IMG/VR virus record: IMGVR_UViG_2778261454_000009
Coordinates: 1 to 12,110 of that record
Direction: 5' to 3' (one strand)
Origin: a virus
Lineage: Duplodnaviria > Heunggongvirae > Uroviricota > Caudoviricetes
Length of the DNA stretch: 12,110 bases
Positions within the stretch are counted from its first letter, which is position 1. Each line of letters starts with the position of its first letter. Of this stretch, positions 7,170 to 12,110 are shown one piece after another. Under the pieces are notes generated by a model that saw only the letters and a list, made by a program, of their open reading frames with translations, did no database searches and was not told the origin of the DNA. The translations under genes and the position numbers were made by a program.

Positions 7170-8474
7170 TTATTGACGATTAAAGTAGTTAGAGTTTAGC
7201 TCTTTAGGGAAGTAGTGTTTACGATTTACCCAAACAAATCCATCAACTTTTGATATCACAGCGACATCAACAGGCCCACCGACAGTTTCATAATCATGTG
7301 ATACTTTTCTTTTGAATGCAGTGATGTTCACTAATGATTCGGCCATATACGCAAGATCTGCCTTCCCAAGTGATTGCAACATCGATATCATTTTATTTGT
7401 ATGGTTATTAACAATATAGCTTTCAAGTTTAGTATCGTGATCTTGTAAAAGTACGTTTTTGAGTTCCTCAATTTCACTGGAGAAGTGATTGGCTAGTACT
7501 CCATTGTTCATTGCAGGGAAAATATTGCTAGAAACATAATGATTAAGCCGATCAAAAACTTCCTCTGTAAGAGTTCTGTTAAAATTAATGATGTTAGGGT
7601 TGCACCCATCAATGAAAGTTACTACTTCATCTTCTTGAGCAAATGGTATAACAAACCCCATATTGGTTACCTCATTATGGGATTTATTATCAATATTATG
7701 GATCATCAATTTGTTTTTAAAAATGCCGTAGATATGAAGAGTGCAAATGGAAGGGTAATATTCTTCCTCTCCATAACCTGTTATAACAATCCCTGAATAT
7801 GTACGACTAGCATGGACTTTGAAAATTAAATAAGTGGAATATAATATGACTTTTTCCATAAGCTCTTGCTGTATATTTTCACAGTTATCAAGAACAATAA
7901 TTGATGAAATGTATGGCGATATTAAATCTTGTATATATGCTAAAGCATCATTAAACTCTTCTGTATCAAACCCTTCGAAAAAGAGATTATTCCTTAAGAT
8001 TCCTATCTCTAAATCAAAGGCTTGCTTAACTATGTTTTGAAAAATAACATTGTCGAGTTCAACGGCGGGGTTCATTGTTAAATAGTTTACTACATTATTA
8101 TCATTAATGTATCTCATCAAACCTTTGAGGTTATCAACAACAAGGTTTATAACGCAAGCCTCTCTCATTTCATTTGTTATAAGGTCTGAGTTACCATTGA
8201 TGAATTTTACAAAGTCATTAACATATTCTTTAATGGTAGGGAAACTAGTTTTCCCCAATTGTTTTCTATAGGATTTAATTATAAGTTCCCACGGTGCGCC
8301 ACCCAGTGTCGCATTATTATAAATCATGATCCCCACGGGATGGTGTTTAGATAGTTCGAATAGTTTTTCCGCACTATTATTTATTTTTACTAATCTATTA
8401 TGCTCTGTGGTGACTGCAGAGTCAGCAGCAAGGGCGATTCCAGTATTATTTATTACAACAATCTCAGCTGTCAT
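7170..8474 (-). CDS. HslV/20S-proteasome-beta-like N-terminal-nucleophile hydrolase homolog with a large insertion
   Basis: 434-aa product from ATG at 8474 (the track's longer form from 8573 has no RBS). The ORF is about 33% GC. N-terminus MTAEIVVINNTGIALAADSAVT...NNSAEKLFEL parallels HslV [24 protein letters not shown]...KKVRRL and 20S beta [21 protein letters not shown]...KNCSKIHFI, with Thr directly after Met, Asp at 17 and Lys near 33-36. Mid-protein IVITGYGEEEYYPSICTLHIYG and C-terminal DYETVGGPVDVAVISKVDGFVWV resemble the corresponding T1-family strands. The GSG loop is not recognisable. Comparison is from memory, not a search. Confidence 0.6.
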   Translation of the reverse strand: MTAEIVVINNTGIALAADSAVTTEHNRLVKINNSAEKLFELSKHHPVGIMIYNNATLGGAPWELIIKSYRKQLGKTSFPTIKEYVNDFVKFINGNSDLITNEMREACVINLVVDNLKGLMRYINDNNVVNYLTMNPAVELDNVIFQNIVKQAFDLEIGILRNNLFFEGFDTEEFNDALAYIQDLISPYISSIIVLDNCENIQQELMEKVILYSTYLIFKVHASRTYSGIVITGYGEEEYYPSICTLHIYGIFKNKLMIHNIDNKSHNEVTNMGFVIPFAQEDEVVTFIDGCNPNIINFNRTLTEEVFDRLNHYVSSNIFPAMNNGVLANHFSSEIEELKNVLLQDHDTKLESYIVNNHTNKMISMLQSLGKADLAYMAESLVNITAFKRKVSHDYETVGGPVDVAVISKVDGFVWVNRKHYFPKELNSNYFNRQ

Positions 8475-8502
8475 TGCAAAACATCCCGTGTAGTAGTGAT
8501 AA

Positions 8503-8531
8503 ATATTAATTAAATTGATAGTTTTTTTCAA
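8503..8531 (-). promoter_or_regulatory. Candidate sigma70 promoter for the HslV-like unit
   Basis: Minus strand reads TTGAAA (8531..8526), a 17-nt spacer, then TAATAT (8508..8503), about 30 nt upstream of the ATG at 8474. Confidence 0.45.
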
Positions 8532-8615
8532 TCTAACATAAATGGCGGAATCACCCCCCAGTAAAGACATCATTGTCTCATGGGAACTAAAAATTCAGGA
8601 CAAACCTAAAGCGAT

Positions 8616-9002
8616 TCAGTCCCCCTGCGAGCGAATCCGCCCCTTCATGTACTTCTCATACAGCTCATCCAGTTCCTTAAGACGTATCGAAAAGATGCGG
8701 AGCATGTTCTGTTGCTCTTCTTCTGGAAGCTGGCGGTAGAGCTCAAGCAGGCGCTGTTCGTCCGGCTTAAGTCCGTCCTTCTCGCCGACATCCTCACCGA
8801 GTAACCAAGGCACAGACACGCCAGCTGCGTCAGCGACAGCGAGAGCTGATTTCTTGCTGATCACGCCTTTTTTAAACCAGCCGTTCACAGACTGCGGGGT
8901 TACCCCAGCAACCCTGGCCATATCGGATTTGGTCATACCGCGCCCGTTCAGCTCTGAAAGGCGTTCGACAAGTATCGGATTAAGTACGGTTTTCTCTTTC
9001 AT
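8616..9002 (-). CDS. CI-like immunity repressor, XRE-family HTH transcriptional regulator
   Basis: 128-aa ORF with a canonical HTH (MTKSDMARVAGVTPQSVNGWFKKG) and a helical C-terminal region. It is divergent from the Cro-like gene, with shared operators in the intergenic region. No obvious S24 peptidase domain, as in RacR/DicA-type repressors. Confidence 0.8.
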   Translation of the reverse strand: MKEKTVLNPILVERLSELNGRGMTKSDMARVAGVTPQSVNGWFKKGVISKKSALAVADAAGVSVPWLLGEDVGEKDGLKPDEQRLLELYRQLPEEEQQNMLRIFSIRLKELDELYEKYMKGRIRSQGD

Positions 9003-9050
9003 GGTTAGAAGAATAAGCCTTTTGCTTAAACTTGAAAATTCGCCTCAGGC

Positions 9051-9080
9051 TTGACAATAAATTAAGTCTCAGGCTTAATT
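9051..9080 (+). promoter_or_regulatory. PR-like sigma70 promoter for the rightward operon
   Basis: TTGACA (9051-9056), a 17-19 nt spacer, then a TTAATT/TAATTT -10-like element (9075-9081), followed by GGAG and the ATG at 9107. This is a mirror-image copy of the PL-like cassette. Confidence 0.5.
9062..9078. promoter_or_regulatory. Putative repressor operator, 17-bp near-palindrome (OR-like)
   Basis: TTAAGTCTCAGGCTTAA lies between the -35 and -10 of the PR-like promoter and is the exact reverse complement of 6848-6864. A related half-site CTCAGGCTTG at 9044-9053 overlaps the -35. Confidence 0.45.
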
Positions 9081-9106
9081 TGATTGTATTCAAATCGGAG
9101 ACAACG

Positions 9107-9325
9107 ATGAACGGGTTAACGAAAGCCATTAAGTCCGCTGGCACTGCAACAAATCTCGCAACCATGCTGGGCATCAAGCCGATGTCGGTCAGCCGCTGGA
9201 AAAACCGGTACCAGGGCATGGTGCCTGCTGATCGGGTCCTTCAAATCTACGCGGCTACCGGCGTAACTCCACACGAGCTGCGCCCTGATCTCTATCCAAA
9301 CCCAAGTGACGGTTTACCAAAGTAA
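9107..9325 (+). CDS. Cro/YdaS-like small HTH regulator
   Basis: 72-aa product from ATG at 9107 with GGAG 6 nt upstream (the track's longer ORF from 9032 lacks an RBS). HTH ATMLGIKPMSVSRWKNR and the HELRPD motif are typical of the YdaS family. It is divergent from the repressor. Confidence 0.7.
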   Translation: MNGLTKAIKSAGTATNLATMLGIKPMSVSRWKNRYQGMVPADRVLQIYAATGVTPHELRPDLYPNPSDGLPK

Positions 9326-9336
9326 GGAATGTAACT

Positions 9337-9876
9337 ATGCAATCACTTACGTATCAACAGAGTAACGGGTTCATTTCAGCAGCGCTGATAAATCGCGCTC
9401 AACCAAAACCGGGCGTCAGTTGTGGTGCCCTCCGTGATGCTGTTCGCGCCTGGTCAGCAGTAGCCGGGCAGGACGTTGTAACGGCCCTGATCGTTGAAGA
9501 GTGGCACCGGATAGGTGGCGAAGGTATCGACTTTCCGGCAGATCACAGCCGTGCCCGGCAGAAGCTGTTCCGCTTCCTGGATAACCATTTCAACAGCGAA
9601 CGGTACCGCGAGAACGTCCGCCAGCTGACGCCGGCAATCCTCGCTGTCCTGCCGATTGAATACCGCAATCGTCTGCTACCAGAAGACAACGTAATGGCTC
9701 GTCTGGCAAGGCTGGAGAAGGAAACCAGCGAAGCGAAGATTGCTGTCGCAATGGATGCGCCACGTCATCAGAAGCTGAAAGAGTTGAGCGAGGGGATCGT
9801 GGAGATGTATCGCGTTGACCCTGGGTTAACCGGTCCGTTGATGGAAATGGTGCAGATTATGCTGGGGGCTATATGA
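9337..9876 (+). CDS. YdaT-like protein (cII-like regulator / putative toxin YdaT family)
   Basis: 179-aa ORF 11 nt after the Cro-like gene, with AAGGAA RBS. The motif LTPAILAVLPIEYRNRL resembles the conserved PAILAILP segment I recall from Rac YdaT. Gene order matches ydaS-ydaT. Confidence 0.6.
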   Translation: MQSLTYQQSNGFISAALINRAQPKPGVSCGALRDAVRAWSAVAGQDVVTALIVEEWHRIGGEGIDFPADHSRARQKLFRFLDNHFNSERYRENVRQLTPAILAVLPIEYRNRLLPEDNVMARLARLEKETSEAKIAVAMDAPRHQKLKELSEGIVEMYRVDPGLTGPLMEMVQIMLGAI

Positions 9877-9960
9877 CCGGTTCAAAAATGGCGAAAGCCG
9901 CGGTGCTCGAACACCAACGGCTTTCAGGTGCAAAAACAGTGCGTAATTGCGGAGAACAGT

Positions 9961-10869
9961 ATGTCAAACACCGCTGAAATAATCAATTTCCCAAATAAAA
10001 CCGAACAACCGGGAGGTCGTATGGCCGACCTGTCGAACGGGTATACCAAGGTCGCTAACGAGATCCAACAGCTTAAGCCTCGCCTGAGACTGTCAGGCCG
10101 GGAATGGCAATGTTTTGAGGCGGTGATCTGGCTTACCTACGGCTGGAACAAGAAACAGGACCGCGTGACAAATACGGTTATTGCCGAGCTTACGGGCCTG
10201 AGCGATACGCATGTATCGGACGCGCTTAAGTCTCTCGCAGAACGCAAAATCATCTTTTCACAGAAGCAGGGCATGATGAAAATCGTCGGTGTAAACACTG
10301 ACCTTTCAGCATGGATTTTAGACAAACCGGAAACGGGAAGAAAATTCCCGAAAACGGGAAAATCCTTCCCGAAATCAGGAATAACCTTCCCGAAAACGGT
10401 AGACACCCAATACAAGAACAAGAACAGTATTAAAAGATCTTCGTCCGAGAATTCTGACGAATCCTCTGACGCACGTCTGAAGAAATTTTTATCAACTCAT
10501 CCTGAAGCTGCGGTCTACACACCATCCGGTGCGAAGTGGGGCTCTGCTGAAGACCTCGAGACAGCTAAGTGGATTTCCTCCAGGGTGAAGCTGATTAACC
10601 CAACCTGCAAAGCCCCGGACATGACCTCCTGGTCTAACACTGTTCGCCTGATGCGCCAGATAGACAACCGGTCGCACCAGGACATCTGCGCGCTGTATGA
10701 CTGGGCTAGCAAACACCACTTCTGGCAGACCAACATCCTGAGTCCCGAAAGCCTGCGTAAGCAGTGGGACAAGCTGACAATGCAGCGTAACGCCGGAGGT
10801 GAGCAGCGCGCTGTCAAGCCAGATCTGGACTTCAACAACACTGACTGGGCCTATGGGGTGATCCGATGA
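9961..10869 (+). CDS. Replication initiator, lambda O-like
   Basis: Start at ATG 9961 (GGAG 6 nt upstream; the track's start at 9928 is an upstream extension). MSNTAEIINF... resembles lambda O MTNTAKILNF, and ...LTYGWNKKQDRVT... matches O ...KTYGWNKPMDRIT. Iteron repeats are embedded in the linker-coding region. The stop overlaps the next start (ATGA). Confidence 0.8.
   Translation: MSNTAEIINFPNKTEQPGGRMADLSNGYTKVANEIQQLKPRLRLSGREWQCFEAVIWLTYGWNKKQDRVTNTVIAELTGLSDTHVSDALKSLAERKIIFSQKQGMMKIVGVNTDLSAWILDKPETGRKFPKTGKSFPKSGITFPKTVDTQYKNKNSIKRSSSENSDESSDARLKKFLSTHPEAAVYTPSGAKWGSAEDLETAKWISSRVKLINPTCKAPDMTSWSNTVRLMRQIDNRSHQDICALYDWASKHHFWQTNILSPESLRKQWDKLTMQRNAGGEQRAVKPDLDFNNTDWAYGVIR
10325..10403. 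repeat. Origin iterons: four ~21-bp direct repeats, each an internal inverted repeat, inside the O-like gene
   Basis: CCGGAAACGGGAA / TTCCCGAAAACGGGAA / TTCCCGAAATCAGGAA / TTCCCGAAAACGGTAG spaced at 21-22 bp, followed by a more AT-rich stretch (10405-10450). They encode the FPKTG peptide repeats. Architecture resembles lambda ori (TCCCTCAAAACGAGGGA x4). Confidence 0.6.
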
Positions 10870-11444
10870 AATCTCTTGCAGAGCAGATGCGTAACCACGA
10901 CCGCGAGCAGATGAGCCGCATGGCCCATAACCTGCCAGAGCAGTACCAGGAGTGCGCGCCGGTCGAGCAGGTGGCGCAGGTATTCAACAAGCTGTTCAAC
11001 GAGCTGCGCGCCGCGTTCCCGGCCAGCATGGCGAACTTCCGCACCCAGGAAGACCTGAACGAATTCCGCCGTCAGTGGCTGCTGGCGTTTCAGGAGAACG
11101 GGATCCACACCATGGCTCAGGTCGATGCCGGCATGCGCATTGCCCGCCGCCAGGAGCGCCCATTCCTGCCGTCGCCGGGCCAGTTCGTCGCCTGGTGCAA
11201 GCAGAGCGGCGGCGCGCTGGGCGTCAACGTTGACCAGGTGATCGCCGAATACTGGGACTGGCGTAACCGCTCGTTCGAATTCATCTCCAGCGAGCAATTT
11301 CCATGGTCGCAGCCGGTCATGTACCACATTTGCGTAGAATTGCGCCACCGCAGCACCGAGCGCCAGTTAACGCATGGTGAACTGGCACGCGAGGCAGGCG
11401 ATCTGCTGGACATGTGGGAAAGGCGCGTCACCGAGGGTATCTGA
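10866..11444 (+). CDS. Replication protein, lambda P-like helicase loader (short form)
   Basis: MKSLAEQMRNHDREQMSRMAHNLPEQY... closely parallels lambda P MKNIAAQMVNFDREQMRRIANNMPEQY..., and ...RRQERPFLPSPGQFVAWC... is shared. At 192 aa it is about 40 aa shorter at the C-terminus than lambda P (233 aa, from memory). Confidence 0.8.
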   Translation: MKSLAEQMRNHDREQMSRMAHNLPEQYQECAPVEQVAQVFNKLFNELRAAFPASMANFRTQEDLNEFRRQWLLAFQENGIHTMAQVDAGMRIARRQERPFLPSPGQFVAWCKQSGGALGVNVDQVIAEYWDWRNRSFEFISSEQFPWSQPVMYHICVELRHRSTERQLTHGELAREAGDLLDMWERRVTEGI

Positions 11445-11476
11445 TTATCTCCTGTGCCCACATTCCGTTTTGCCGC

Positions 11477-11502
11477 TTCTCCCAAACCAACCTTTTTTAT
11501 AA
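11477..11502. promoter_or_regulatory. Candidate hix/gix-like crossover site for the adjacent serine invertase
   Basis: TTCTCCCAAACC-AA-CCTTTTTTATAA has a 12-2-12 layout with an AA core and about 20/26 identity to hixL (TTCTTGAAAACCAAGGTTTTTGATAA) as I recall it. It lies 60 bp upstream of the invertase ATG. No partner site is visible in the window. Confidence 0.4.
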
Positions 11503-11561
11503 CCATCAAAAATCTGGTGATGCTTCGCCGTTTCTCCTGTTTTCATAACAGGAGAAATCCC

Positions 11562-12110
11562 ATGATTTACGGTTATGCCCGAGTATCAACAAACCACCAG
11601 GACACTGAATTGCAACTAACGGCGCTCAAGTCAGCGGGTTGTGAGAAAATTTTTGAAGAGCATGCCAGCGGGAGGAAATCGAATCGGCCGGTTCTAAAAC
11701 GGCTGATCGCCACTATGCAGCTGGGGGATGAACTGGTGGTCTGGAAGCTGGACAGGATAGGCCGCAACGTTCTGCATGCGCTGTTGATGTTCCAGCAGTT
11801 ACAGGAAAAGGGTATCAACTTCCGCAGTATTACCGATGGCGTGGATCTCAAAACAGCCAGCGGCCGCTATAACTTTCGTAACATCCTTTCCGCAACACAA
11901 TATGAATCTGATCTTAATAGCGAACGTACCTTAGCAGGGCTGGCCGTAGCCAGGGCAAAAGGGCGAGTTGGTGGTCGCAGGCCTAAGTTCACGGATGAGC
12001 AATGGCGGGAAATGGGGGAGCGGATGGCAACCGGTGAATCACGACAAAGCGTATCAAAAACGTATGGAGTAGGGCTCTCAACTCTGTATAAAAAGTTTCC
12101 AGCTAGCTGA
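11562..12110 (+). CDS. Serine DNA invertase, Hin/Gin/Pin/Cin family
   Basis: Start at ATG 11562 (GGAG 7 nt upstream; the track's start at 11454 is an upstream extension). MIYGYARVSTNHQDTELQ... has the catalytic-Ser N-terminus; LVVWKLDRIGRN and INFRSITDG match the resolvase core; the C-terminal HTH ends ...LSTLYKKFPAS (compare Hin ...LSTLYKKHPA). The window ends at its stop codon. Confidence 0.85.
   Translation: MIYGYARVSTNHQDTELQLTALKSAGCEKIFEEHASGRKSNRPVLKRLIATMQLGDELVVWKLDRIGRNVLHALLMFQQLQEKGINFRSITDGVDLKTASGRYNFRNILSATQYESDLNSERTLAGLAVARAKGRVGGRRPKFTDEQWREMGERMATGESRQSVSKTYGVGLSTLYKKFPAS

Noticed and set aside
7539-8040. Plus-strand ORFs 7539-7796 and 7834-8040
   Set aside because: Antisense to the HslV-like gene in AT-rich sequence where stop-free runs arise easily; no RBS.
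7170-8573. Longer 467-aa form of the HslV-like ORF starting at the double ATG at 8573
   Set aside because: No RBS upstream of 8573, and the extension overlaps the proposed promoter. The ATG at 8474 is immediately followed by Thr, as expected for an Ntn hydrolase exposed by Met removal. The start at 8474 is preferred but not proven.
8542-9219. ORFs 8542-8739 (+), 8854-9054 (+) and 8980-9219 (-), plus the long form of the Cro-like ORF from 9032
   Set aside because: They overlap the well-supported repressor gene or the promoter/operator region. The Cro-like gene has a proper GGAG-ATG start at 9107.
9893-9925. 8-bp inverted repeat (GAAAGCCG ... CGGCTTTC) between the YdaT-like and O-like genes
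   Set aside because: 17-nt loop and no downstream T-run. Too weak to call a terminator or attenuator without folding energies.
10137-11509. Minus-strand ORFs antisense to the O-like and P-like genes (10137-10421, 10492-10841, 10832-11044, 10851-11348, 11117-11509) and plus-strand 10952-11233
   Set aside because: They lie in GC-rich coding sequence with strong lambda O/P similarity on the plus strand, and their translations are Arg/Ala/Pro-rich low-complexity. Judged to be shadow ORFs.
11573-11851. Minus-strand ORF antisense to the invertase gene
   Set aside because: Fully overlaps the highly conserved serine-recombinase frame; no independent support.
1-12110. Scan for CRISPR arrays, tRNA/rRNA genes and IS-element terminal inverted repeats
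   Set aside because: No regularly spaced direct repeats with unique spacers, no cloverleaf-like tRNA candidates and no transposase-like ORFs were noticed on visual reading.

Overview
This window reads as the early/immunity region of a Rac-like lambdoid prophage from an enterobacterium; every family assignment below comes from reading motifs and gene order by eye, with no database search run. Left to right: a tyrosine integrase (+), then a leftward operon on the minus strand (PL-like promoter, small KilR-position protein, small zinc-ribbon protein, RecE exonuclease, RecT-type annealing protein, small hypothetical, AlpA-like excisionase). To the right sits the immunity switch: a CI-like HTH repressor (-) facing a Cro/YdaS-like gene (+), followed by a YdaT-like gene, lambda O-like and P-like replication genes with origin iterons inside O, and a Hin/Gin/Pin-family serine invertase preceded by a hix/gix-like crossover site. 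The two divergent early promoters carry near-identical promoter/operator cassettes. The most interesting element is an AT-rich (about 33% GC versus about 50-55% in the flanks) self-contained unit at 7016-8531, between the PL-like promoter and the repressor gene, in the slot where lambda has rexAB and Rac has sieB. It consists of its own sigma70-like promoter, a 434-aa protein whose N-terminus, middle and C-terminus resemble HslV/20S-proteasome beta Ntn hydrolases but with a roughly 180-aa insertion, a 34-aa ORF with a strong RBS, and a bidirectional terminator. I regard this as a candidate uncharacterised prophage-encoded system, possibly anti-phage or superinfection exclusion; that role is inference. 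No CRISPR array, tRNA, rRNA or IS element was seen.
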